NCBI GenBank assembly: GCA_051532055.1
Contig: JAOPTX010000032.1
Location: 32,001-96,000 of the forward strand
Direction: 5' to 3'
DNA length: 64,000 bases
From: Fibrobacterales bacterium
GTDB lineage: Bacteria > Fibrobacterota > Fibrobacteria > Fibrobacterales > JAOPTW01
This document shows, in pieces, positions 55,155 through 64,000 of this stretch (position 1 is its first letter; each line of letters starts with the position of its first letter). Under the pieces are notes generated by a model. The model worked only from the letters and a program-made list of their open reading frames with translations, did not search any database and was not told the origin of the DNA. The translations under genes were made by a program, and so were the position numbers.

Positions 55155-57797
55155 TTATTTGATTTTAAGTGAATACCGTTTTGACCACCATACTACGAAT
55201 GGTGACGCTACAAATACTGATGAGTAAGTACCAACAATAACACCAATAATAAGTGCATAGGCAAATTGTTGTACCGCAGGACCGCCAACAAATGCCATTA
55301 CAACAACAACAAAGAGAGTTGTAATAGATGTTATAATGGTACGTGAAAGTGACTGATTAATAGAGAGGTTCACTCTGCTATCAAAAGAGTCTTTTCCGAG
55401 AAGTTGTGTATTCTCACGAACACGGTCAAATACAACAATCGTATCATTCAGAGAGTAACCAACAATTGTGAGTACCGCTGCAATAGTTGTTGCATCAACA
55501 CTAAAGTCCATGATAGCAAAGACACCTAAAGTAATAATCACATCGTGAGTAAGAGCTACTACAGATGCAAGACCAAACCCAAGACCATTTTTTCCAAAAC
55601 GCATCCAGATATAGAAGATAATAATCAGAAGAGAAAGACAAATGGCCCATAAAGCATCTTCTTTAAGTTCTTTACCAATTGCAGGCCCAACCATCTCTTC
55701 ATTAATAACTTCAGAGGTAAGGTTTGCCGCAGAAAGGCTTGATAGAATCAATGAATCAATGCGTATCCCTTTGCTCTCATTTTTAATTGAGATAAGATAA
55801 TGCGTTTTTCCACTCGGTGACTCAACAGGACGTACTATTGAACCTTTAAGAACATCCTCACTATTAAGAGCTGTTGAAACTTGATTAGCAGTAACGCCGT
55901 TTTGGTCAAGTTCTACAGTGATTACGTTACCACCAGTGAAGTCAATACCATAATTCAAACCGTGTATAGCAAGTATTGCGACTGATGCAATAATTACAAC
56001 ACCTGAGAGCACTGCTGATATATGACGTTTTGGAATAATCTGAAGGTTAAGGTTACGAATAAAAGAAAAGTCTTTACCGATACTCATTTTAGTTGAATCA
56101 TTTGATTTCATTGTGAGATCAAAAATATATCGAGTAACAAAGAGTGATGTAAAGAGTGATGCAAGAATACCGATCATCATGGTAAGACCGAAGCCTTTAA
56201 TAGGGCCAGCACCAATGTTATAGAGGATAAATGCAGTGAGGAATGTAGTAATGTTCGCATCCATAATAGTTGAAAATGCTTTTTCATAACCTGCAGAGAT
56301 TGCAGTACGTACTGTTTTACCCGCAGCAAGTTCTTCTCTAATCCTCTCAAGGATAATTACGTTTGCATCAACCGCCATACCAATAGTAAGAAGGACACCA
56401 GCAAGACCAGGAAGTGTAAGAGTCGCGTTAAACATCGACATTACACCACCAATAATAACAACATTAAACACTACTGCAATAATTGCATTGAGGCCTGCAC
56501 CTGCGTAGTAGAAGATCATGAAGAGTACCACAAGTGCCATGCCGTAAACAGCAGAGCTCAGACCACTTTCAATATTCTCTTGACCAAGTGTTGCGCCTAC
56601 AGAACGGAGCTCAATGATCTCCATTGGAGCAGGTAACGCACCAGCTTTAAGAACAATTGACAGTTGCTTTGCTTCGTTCATATCGTCAAGGCCAGTAATT
56701 TGTGCTCTACCGTTCGCAATTTTTGTTTGAATAACTGGAGCAGAAATGACTTGTCCATCAAGAACGATTGCCATTTTTCTACCAATGTTGTTACCGGTAA
56801 CTGTTGCAAACTTTTTAGGACCAAGGCCTTTAAATTGAAGATCTACCGATACTTCACCAACACTCATACCATCAGATACACGATTCGCTGTAGCATTGTC
56901 AATCTCACGACCATCCATTTCGTAACGTTTTTTAAGAAGATAAAGACGTTTAACTTTTTGTCCTTCAACTTCATCAGTTCCCATACCCCAAGCAAACTCA
57001 AGGTCAAAAGGAATTTTTGAAAGGACTGTTTTATCTTCAAGAATTGTTTTTACTTTAAAGAGATCTTGGTCTTTAACAACGATCACCCCTTGTGGGCTCG
57101 GCTGAAGAAGTCCAGTAAACCCGATTTTCTTGATTTCATCCCAAACGTTATCAGAAGTAACTTCTGTACCTTCAGCTGATGCTGAATCAGTAGCAGGAGC
57201 CTCATCTGTTTTACCAGCGGTACCACCAATATCAAGGTTACTGAGTACATCTTCTGCACTCTCTTCTTTTTTCACACTTGTTGTGTCAGTGCCAGTAGAG
57301 TCAAGATCATATGCCGTTCTACTTTTTACATACTCATCAATATCTTGATAGACTTTAATGAAACGCTCTTGCGCTGCAACAATTTTAAATTCAAGTTTCG
57401 CAGTACCACCAATAAGGGTGCGAGCACCATCAGCGTCTACACCAGCAAGGTCAGCAACAATTCTGTTTTTGCCCGAAGACATGATAACAGGTTCGCTCAC
57501 ACCAAACTTATCCACACGATTACGGATAATCTCTAAACTTCTATCAAGAACACCTTCGCGATCTTTAGCTTTCTTGATAGCCGCAGTGTCAATCTCTACA
57601 ACCACGTGAGTACCACCGGCGAGATCGAGTCCAAAGTTTACTGCTTTTTTTGCAGTGCGAGGAAATTTCTCAACAAATTGCTCTTTCTCTTCACCCTGAA
57701 GTGAATGTACCTGGAAGGTCGGCAGCAAACTCCAAACCGAAAGTCCCAGAATGAGTAAAATAAAGAAGGTTCTAAAACTATTATTGTTTTGTTTCAT
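55155..57797 (-). CDS. secDF: fused protein translocase subunit SecDF
   Basis: GLDLAGG, RVDKFGVSEP, LKAGALPAP, IGMAVDANV, GIDFTGG, GYSLNDTIVVFDRVRE. Confidence 0.96.
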   Translation of the reverse strand: MKQNNNSFRTFFILLILGLSVWSLLPTFQVHSLQGEEKEQFVEKFPRTAKKAVNFGLDLAGGTHVVVEIDTAAIKKAKDREGVLDRSLEIIRNRVDKFGVSEPVIMSSGKNRIVADLAGVDADGARTLIGGTAKLEFKIVAAQERFIKVYQDIDEYVKSRTAYDLDSTGTDTTSVKKEESAEDVLSNLDIGGTAGKTDEAPATDSASAEGTEVTSDNVWDEIKKIGFTGLLQPSPQGVIVVKDQDLFKVKTILEDKTVLSKIPFDLEFAWGMGTDEVEGQKVKRLYLLKKRYEMDGREIDNATANRVSDGMSVGEVSVDLQFKGLGPKKFATVTGNNIGRKMAIVLDGQVISAPVIQTKIANGRAQITGLDDMNEAKQLSIVLKAGALPAPMEIIELRSVGATLGQENIESGLSSAVYGMALVVLFMIFYYAGAGLNAIIAVVFNVVIIGGVMSMFNATLTLPGLAGVLLTIGMAVDANVIILERIREELAAGKTVRTAISAGYEKAFSTIMDANITTFLTAFILYNIGAGPIKGFGLTMMIGILASLFTSLFVTRYIFDLTMKSNDSTKMSIGKDFSFIRNLNLQIIPKRHISAVLSGVVIIASVAILAIHGLNYGIDFTGGNVITVELDQNGVTANQVSTALNSEDVLKGSIVRPVESPSGKTHYLISIKNESKGIRIDSLILSSLSAANLTSEVINEEMVGPAIGKELKEDALWAICLSLLIIIFYIWMRFGKNGLGFGLASVVALTHDVIITLGVFAIMDFSVDATTIAAVLTIVGYSLNDTIVVFDRVRENTQLLGKDSFDSRVNLSINQSLSRTIITSITTLFVVVVMAFVGGPAVQQFAYALIIGVIVGTYSSVFVASPFVVWWSKRYSLKIK

Positions 57798-57985
57798 GTG
57801 ATACTCTACTTTTTAAAATCCATAATACGGGGCAAAAAGCCCATTTTAATATCGAGTAAATGTACATAAATGTGGGGTATTTTCAATTATATTATGTAGT
57901 TAGAACGTTATGGCCATTACTCCATAGGTCATTTTATCCATTTAAATTCTATTTGTGAACTCTTTTGAGCGATTCAATAGGGGCC

Positions 57986-59314
57986 TCACCCCTCATTTAT
58001 CTCAATTCTTGAAGCATTGGTACTTATTTCAAGAGTAAGGCTTACCCGATTATCCCTTTCGGTACGAATAATGGTAAGAGTACTCCCCTCAGCCTCAACA
58101 TGACAGGCCCCATATTGCAAGGCGCGGTGGCGCTTTCTCAACACTATCAACTCTTTCACAAAGGAAAACAAAGGCGACTCACTTTCGGTAGAGTCCCATG
58201 GGTAACATCGGCGACACTCTGGATCCGCCCCACCAGAGAGCCCGATTTCATCTCCATAATAGATACAAGGCGCCCCTGGGAGAAAAAAGAGTAGAGCAAA
58301 TGCCTGTTTCACTCGTTTAAGACTCCCTTTTGCAATTGTCATAATACGGTGAGTATCGTGTGACCCCAGTAGATTCATTTGTGCATGAGGCTCACTCACT
58401 GTAAACGCCTTCTGTAATAATCTCAAAAAATGCTCTGTCGAGACTCTATTCCCCAATGATGACTGGTCGCTCTTTGGAACTTTACAGAGCACATTGAGAA
58501 TAGCCTGTCGGATACGGTAATTCATAACCGCATCAAATTGATCACCCGCGAGCCACCGTGAGGGGTCATCCCAAATTTCACCAACAATATAGGCTTCGGG
58601 ATTAATTTTTTTTACTCGACCTCGAAATTCCTGCCAAAACGAATCATCATCAATCTCATTAGGGACATCTAACCGCCAACCATCAATTCCAAGCTTCAAC
58701 CAGTATTCTGCAACCGAAAAGATAAAGTTTCGCACTTCGCGGCTATCAGTATTAAACTTTGGGAGTGCTTTATTGTTCCACCAGCACTCATATTCAACAG
58801 TTTTAGTTCGCGTATAGGGCTTAATAGGATAGTGATTGATATGAAACCAGTCCCGAAATGGAGACTCTTGCCCTTGTTCTAGCACAGAATTAAACTGATA
58901 AAACCCTCGTGAGCAATGATTAAAGACCCCATCTAATACAATTTTTATACCTCGTTCATGAGCTGTCGCTATCAGCTCTTTAAAATCATCAATTGTGCCC
59001 AAAATCGGGTCAATCTCAAAATAATCATGAGTATGGTAGCGGTGATTCGAGGCTGAAGTAAAAATAGGACAGAGATAGAGCGCCGTCACGCCAAGGTCAG
59101 TGAGATAATCGAGCTTTTCAATCACCCCTCTCAGATTACCACCCATAATATTAGCATAGGTAGGCTCAGTTCCCCAATCTTCATAGGCGCCTATGGGAGT
59201 CACTGATGAGGAACGCGCAAATCTATCAGGAAATATCTGATAGAATACTGCAGATTTTACCCATTCAGGGGCAAAGGAATGTGAGTTATTAAGTGGGATA
59301 TCCATGTAAGACAA
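57986..59314 (-). CDS. GH13 alpha-amylase family (neopullulanase/cyclomaltodextrinase-like)
   Basis: FYQIFPDRFA, NHRYHTHDY, DGVFNH, GWRLDVPNE, VGEIW, LGSHD, YYGDE. Confidence 0.92.
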   Translation of the reverse strand: MSYMDIPLNNSHSFAPEWVKSAVFYQIFPDRFARSSSVTPIGAYEDWGTEPTYANIMGGNLRGVIEKLDYLTDLGVTALYLCPIFTSASNHRYHTHDYFEIDPILGTIDDFKELIATAHERGIKIVLDGVFNHCSRGFYQFNSVLEQGQESPFRDWFHINHYPIKPYTRTKTVEYECWWNNKALPKFNTDSREVRNFIFSVAEYWLKLGIDGWRLDVPNEIDDDSFWQEFRGRVKKINPEAYIVGEIWDDPSRWLAGDQFDAVMNYRIRQAILNVLCKVPKSDQSSLGNRVSTEHFLRLLQKAFTVSEPHAQMNLLGSHDTHRIMTIAKGSLKRVKQAFALLFFLPGAPCIYYGDEIGLSGGADPECRRCYPWDSTESESPLFSFVKELIVLRKRHRALQYGACHVEAEGSTLTIIRTERDNRVSLTLEISTNASRIEINEG

Positions 59315-59346
59315 TATAGCTTATCTAATATGGGTGAATCAAAAAT

Positions 59347-60873
59347 TTACCAACCAGTGCGCCCTAACCTAAAACCAATGGTATCACCAAACGTTGTAAA
59401 ACCTGCAAAAGGTTGATTATCTATTTTTTCGGCCCAACCTTCAGACTCTGACCCAAAATGTCCCCCCTTTAGTACAACCCTATTCCCTAAAAAATGTTCT
59501 TCTTGGGGTTGTACCATTTCTGCAACATTTCCTGCCATATTGTAGAGATTTGCCATAGATGGATACACAGAATTAACAGCATCAGTACGGCTTCCCGATA
59601 TAACAAAAGATTCATAGGCTTTTGAATTGTCAATCAAGCTGTCAGCAACGGTCCAAAAAAAGTTCCCACTGTTCCTTTTGCTATATGCAACCTCCCATTC
59701 AAGTTCTGTGGGGAGTCTAAAGCCCCCACTCTCTGAGTCGACCTCAAAACCTACCGTATCACTATTCCAAAAGGCTCGAGCATCACCAACCCCTACTATA
59801 GAATCAAACTGATACGCTATTTTATAGTTTTGATCTTTTGAAAGCTCATTACAAAATTGTGCTACATCGAAAAAAGAGACATTTACAACAGGATACCGCT
59901 CCGTTCCCTCATCAAATTCATAATCAGGGTAGAAACGCTGCCACAGCTCATTAGTCACTTCAAAATTGCCAATAGAGAAGGAGTCTGATTCCGTGGTAAT
60001 TGTCATTTTTTCAAATGAAGTGTCACTCAAATCACCAACGGCATTGAAAAGTCTCGCGGCCTCAAAAAAGATCATGCTATCCTGAGTAAGGTACCCCTGA
60101 CTCTCGAGCTTTTCTGCAATACCATTATGCGCTACAAGCTCATAATCACCAGAATAAAAGCGATCACGTAATACCGTTTTCGAATCCTCATACCCCGTAC
60201 CCATAAAAGAAAATAGGTCACTTTCAAATTCCGCTTTATTATTTCGTTTTTGGAGAAAGAGGTCAATAATTTGGTTAATAAATGCCACCTTATTTACCGC
60301 AACTGAGTCTGCAAAATGTTTTGAATCTGTATAAATATCGAAATAGGCCGTTCGAAGTGAATCACTGCTTTTATTATCTGCAATGTACTCCACAAGCTTT
60401 GTTTCAAATTCACTATAAGTTACCGTAGCAATATCCAAAGAAAGTTCTTCTAAAATAAAGCTATTCTCTATATCCTTGTGTACTACAAAATCTTCCAATT
60501 CAGTATCATTTATACCAAACTCTCTATATACAGCAACAACAGCATAACCATTTATAAAACAGGTGTAATCAACCGTTATTCTTTCACCACTCTTAGCTGA
60601 GACTGCAAAGGTTATCTCATTATTACCCGTTTTTGAGTCATAATTAATGTTTCTACAATCGGCCTGATCTAAAACAGCGTCGCTACAAAAGCTGGTGGTA
60701 TCTTCTATACCATTAATTTCTTGTACCACAACAATACTATCATAAGACTGGCCATAGGGAGTACTATTGATTGAGATAGAATAATCACGATCAAGAGGTC
60801 CTGAGCTTTCTGTCACTACGCATGCGTACAATACTAACGAAACCATTGATAGTAAAATAAATCGTAAGAGCAT
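59347..60873 (-). CDS. lipoprotein with C-terminal FGE-sulfatase (SUMF1) domain
   Basis: LYAC lipobox; FEVTN, PVVNVSF, FRLPTELEWE, LYNMAGNVAE, IGFR. Confidence 0.85.
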   Translation of the reverse strand: MLLRFILLSMVSLVLYACVVTESSGPLDRDYSISINSTPYGQSYDSIVVVQEINGIEDTTSFCSDAVLDQADCRNINYDSKTGNNEITFAVSAKSGERITVDYTCFINGYAVVAVYREFGINDTELEDFVVHKDIENSFILEELSLDIATVTYSEFETKLVEYIADNKSSDSLRTAYFDIYTDSKHFADSVAVNKVAFINQIIDLFLQKRNNKAEFESDLFSFMGTGYEDSKTVLRDRFYSGDYELVAHNGIAEKLESQGYLTQDSMIFFEAARLFNAVGDLSDTSFEKMTITTESDSFSIGNFEVTNELWQRFYPDYEFDEGTERYPVVNVSFFDVAQFCNELSKDQNYKIAYQFDSIVGVGDARAFWNSDTVGFEVDSESGGFRLPTELEWEVAYSKRNSGNFFWTVADSLIDNSKAYESFVISGSRTDAVNSVYPSMANLYNMAGNVAEMVQPQEEHFLGNRVVLKGGHFGSESEGWAEKIDNQPFAGFTTFGDTIGFRLGRTGW

Positions 60874-60974
60874 TTTGTGAGCCGCCGTGTATTAATAGAT
60901 AGATTGCTTAAAATATAGTAATCTTTTACCACTGCACAATTCACGGCTACCCTAAGTTCCTTGTTTGAAATAAA

Positions 60975-62858
60975 TTAAGGCGCCTCAATGAGAAGGTACG
61001 TAATTGAATACCCATCCAATGCAATCGAAATTGTCCCTTCAGTATCCCCGCTCATTGCTGGGATAGAAGTAATACCATCAGGTCCACCTTTCTGTGCCCC
61101 CTGATTCGTTCTCCCATTAACAGTAACTTTCTCAGTCCACACCTCATCACCCGCTCCATCTACTGAATACCAATAATATTGAGCTCCTACATCTGCTCCA
61201 TCAATTTCAAGGGCAACCTTTTTCTCATTACTCGAAGTATTAATAAGTATAACACCATAGCCCCCATCTTCGAATCCAGAGGCGAGAGATACAACATCAT
61301 CTCCTTCACCCTCTGTGGCAAACTCCACATCACCCAGGACCTGATTGAGGTAATAAAAATGAAAAAAGGCTGGGTATGGATCTGAATCTCCATGGTTCGG
61401 GTCGTGATTTCCAAAGAGAGCAAAATCTCCGCTATCCCCTCGCCAGTAGTCCTTAATACCAAAATAATTTGATGCTATAAACTTAAACTTATGCATATTC
61501 ACGATGGCGTTCACCGCATGCATTGCCCCAATATGGCTCGTCTGATGAGGTTTTTTAATATTCCACTCCGAAAGTGCAATTGGTACCCGGGCAGTCCCGG
61601 CATCATCCAGTTTTTGGTTTAATAGATTATACATTCGCTCTATCTGCCCCCACGCAGTACCAAGTACCGCCTCAGGAGAACTTTCATCATGATCCAAAAA
61701 GTATGAATGAGTTGTGATAAAGTCAGCATAGTTCCCCCCATCAGGTTTTTTGAGCTGAGTGGCAAGCTGACTGTTCCAGTTCAGAGTAACCCCTTTTTCA
61801 CTGCCATCCCACACATTATCATCATCGGCAAACATCACACCAACCATAATTTCAACTCCAATAGACTGAGCAGCCGCTTTCATTGAGTCTATAAATACCC
61901 GTGCATGCTGACCATAAAGCTCACCACTGATATATTCCGGCTGGCCATCGCGGTTTTGGCTGGTATTTATACGAAAACCACCCTCCCAACACGCATAGGT
62001 CTCATTTCCAATCTCCCACAACTTTGTGCGGCCATTATCATACCGCACCCAATCAGCCGCATAACTCGCTGCTTTTTCTACAGGATTATCACCCAACCCA
62101 TAGCGTGCATAGGGGTAGTTGACCGTTATAAATCCTTCAGCCCCTACAGAATTGAGCAATTCATAAAACCGTGGGGTGTTCATTCTCCCGGGAGACTGAT
62201 CCATGCCAGCAGTAAAGTCTGTCCACGTACCATCAAACGTGAGTGCTTCTGAAGGGAGATCACCTGGCCTTTGGTCAAAAAAGTACATATTACTCATATC
62301 ACCACCAGGGAACCGAATGGTAGAAGGCTTCATATCTTTAAGCATCTCTATAAGGCGACCATCTTCATTATAATTACCTGTATAGGTTGTTGCATTTATA
62401 CCATGCATATTAGTACTGAGTTCTCCCTCATGTTGAGATGCATCAATGGTAATAGTGACATCAATTTGTGAGGGTTTTTCACCTGGTTCCGTTTCCGGAG
62501 GATGGGGGAACGTTCTTTTCCACTTAAGAGACTTATTCTCAGTTTTCGAAGATGATGATGAACTTTCGGTTGCTTCACTGGATATCAAATCACTACTGTC
62601 GGATGAATATTTATCAGACGACCCTTGTTCATCATCTTCTGAAGAAGATAACTCAATCTGGCTACTCGATATTGATTGTTGGGAAGAAAGCCCTTTTAAA
62701 GCACTGCTACTATTCTGTCGCGTACTACTTTGCTGTATGACACTTTCTTCAACTTCACTGTCTGAAGAAAGGCCTGTCGGCTCAAGGGGTTCTGTGGTAC
62801 AATTAACAATGGCTATAAGTGCAAACGCGCTCATAGCAGAAAAAACCGAAATGCTCAT
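60975..62858 (-). CDS. Ser-rich lipoprotein with clan GH-A glycoside hydrolase domain (GH51/GH44/GH79-like)
   Basis: Start ATG 62858 after AGGA; IVNC lipobox; IRFPGG, WEIGNE, LSEWN. Confidence 0.78.
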   Translation of the reverse strand: MSISVFSAMSAFALIAIVNCTTEPLEPTGLSSDSEVEESVIQQSSTRQNSSSALKGLSSQQSISSSQIELSSSEDDEQGSSDKYSSDSSDLISSEATESSSSSSKTENKSLKWKRTFPHPPETEPGEKPSQIDVTITIDASQHEGELSTNMHGINATTYTGNYNEDGRLIEMLKDMKPSTIRFPGGDMSNMYFFDQRPGDLPSEALTFDGTWTDFTAGMDQSPGRMNTPRFYELLNSVGAEGFITVNYPYARYGLGDNPVEKAASYAADWVRYDNGRTKLWEIGNETYACWEGGFRINTSQNRDGQPEYISGELYGQHARVFIDSMKAAAQSIGVEIMVGVMFADDDNVWDGSEKGVTLNWNSQLATQLKKPDGGNYADFITTHSYFLDHDESSPEAVLGTAWGQIERMYNLLNQKLDDAGTARVPIALSEWNIKKPHQTSHIGAMHAVNAIVNMHKFKFIASNYFGIKDYWRGDSGDFALFGNHDPNHGDSDPYPAFFHFYYLNQVLGDVEFATEGEGDDVVSLASGFEDGGYGVILINTSSNEKKVALEIDGADVGAQYYWYSVDGAGDEVWTEKVTVNGRTNQGAQKGGPDGITSIPAMSGDTEGTISIALDGYSITYLLIEAP

Positions 62859-63115
62859 CTGATTCCTACTCGTTTGTTCTCTCCCCCACAAGAGAGTGTG
62901 TGTATAGGCGATAATCTATATCGAATATGAGAAAAGTGTTATGAATACTTTATAATTTGTGCTTTTATGGCTCACATTTTTGGGCGGACTAACAAATTCT
63001 TAATAATTGCCCTATTCTTCTATACTGATCGATAAAAAGAAATCTATATTGAGACCCCTGGGGATTAGACAAAACAGCAGACTCTTTCTGCACTTAGATG
63101 AATATTGAGGCACCA

Positions 63116-64000
63116 ATGCAAAAGCTTATATTAGCGGTAAAATACGCACCTTCTCTTATTTCAGGCACACTCCTGAGTTCACTTATTCTCTTAAGCAGTT
63201 GCTCTCGAGATAACACCGTGGCCGCCGATGACAGCTCTCTATTGAGTAGCCAACACACAGGAACGCCTGATTCCACTCAAAGCTCTTCTCAAAATGCTCA
63301 AATGAGTTCTGGTATCTCACAAGGGTCATCTACTCAAACACCACTTTCGTCTGGTGCAAAAACATCTTCTGCAACCAATCCACAGTTCTCATTTTCACCC
63401 ATTTCAGGTGATGACAACACATCATCCAATAGTCAGAACCCAGACCAATCTTCTCCAGATCAAAACTCCTCAAATGGTAATACTAACTCATCAGCAGGAA
63501 CCTCTTCTCACTCAACCGACCCTAATGAAAGCTCTTCAGTTTCAAGTAGCGCTATAACACCGTCAAATTTTACTCTTGCACTCAATGATTCTGCCGACTA
63601 CCTCTTTAATCAAGATGTTGTACGTGAATACCATATTGTGCTCGACCCCGATTCCCTTGCCTTTATTGATAGTGACCCAGAAGCTGAAGACTATGTGGGT
63701 GGCTCTATAGTACTTGATGGCGACACCATTGGTCCTGTAGGCATTCGATACAATGGAGGTGACTGTGTAACCAACGGGCGACTCCCCAAAAATTGTCCCA
63801 AACTTTCAATGAAAATAAAACTTACCTGGAGCACCTCAAACCTTAGAATTTATGGGAAAAAGAGACTCATTTTTAAAGCGATGCTCAAAGATGACAGCCA
63901 AATGCATGAACGATTGGGCTTTTGGATCTATAATAAAATGGGAGTAAAAGCCCCCCGTGTTGTGCATGCGAAAGTATTTGTCAATGACACCTATGCCGGC
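63116..64000 (+). CDS. CotH kinase family lipoprotein with Ser-rich linker, runs off the window
   Basis: Not in the ORF track. From ATG 63116 after GAGG: MQKLILAV...LLSSC, Ser-rich, then YLFNQDVVREY...VGIRYNG...KLSMKIK...DDSQMHERLG...GVKAPRVVHAKVFVNDTYAG. Confidence 0.8.
   Translation, partial: MQKLILAVKYAPSLISGTLLSSLILLSSCSRDNTVAADDSSLLSSQHTGTPDSTQSSSQNAQMSSGISQGSSTQTPLSSGAKTSSATNPQFSFSPISGDDNTSSNSQNPDQSSPDQNSSNGNTNSSAGTSSHSTDPNESSSVSSSAITPSNFTLALNDSADYLFNQDVVREYHIVLDPDSLAFIDSDPEAEDYVGGSIVLDGDTIGPVGIRYNGGDCVTNGRLPKNCPKLSMKIKLTWSTSNLRIYGKKRLIFKAMLKDDSQMHERLGFWIYNKMGVKAPRVVHAKVFVNDTYAG

Overview
AT-rich bacterial chromosomal window, densely coding, with no rRNA, tRNA, CRISPR array or transposase seen. 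Several lipoproteins with Ser-rich linkers suggest a Fibrobacterota-like Gram-negative organism (inference). Housekeeping genes (truD, rlhA-like U32, ldhA plus lactate permease, rapA, galT, panB, recO, hinT, fused secDF) are interleaved with many envelope and signalling loci. The most interesting are: (1) an operon of ECF sigma, membrane anti-sigma, exported caspase-family (C14) protease and a lipoprotein, where anti-sigma and protease share an R-x-[KR]-G motif, suggesting caspase-triggered trans-envelope signalling; (2) a YfiR - hybrid kinase - TonB-dependent receptor operon ending in a 64-aa lipoprotein that copies the receptor's N-terminal acidic/Leu motif; (3) a second YfiR between two paralogous kinases; (4) a His-to-Tyr pseudokinase and a second kinase with a degenerate ATP-binding domain flanking an intact PAS kinase; (5) a ~106-bp palindromic MITE/RPE-like element beside a 38-bp-period hairpin mini-array; (6) a perfect FNR-type box upstream of ldhA. 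All family calls come from motif recognition by eye, not database searches.
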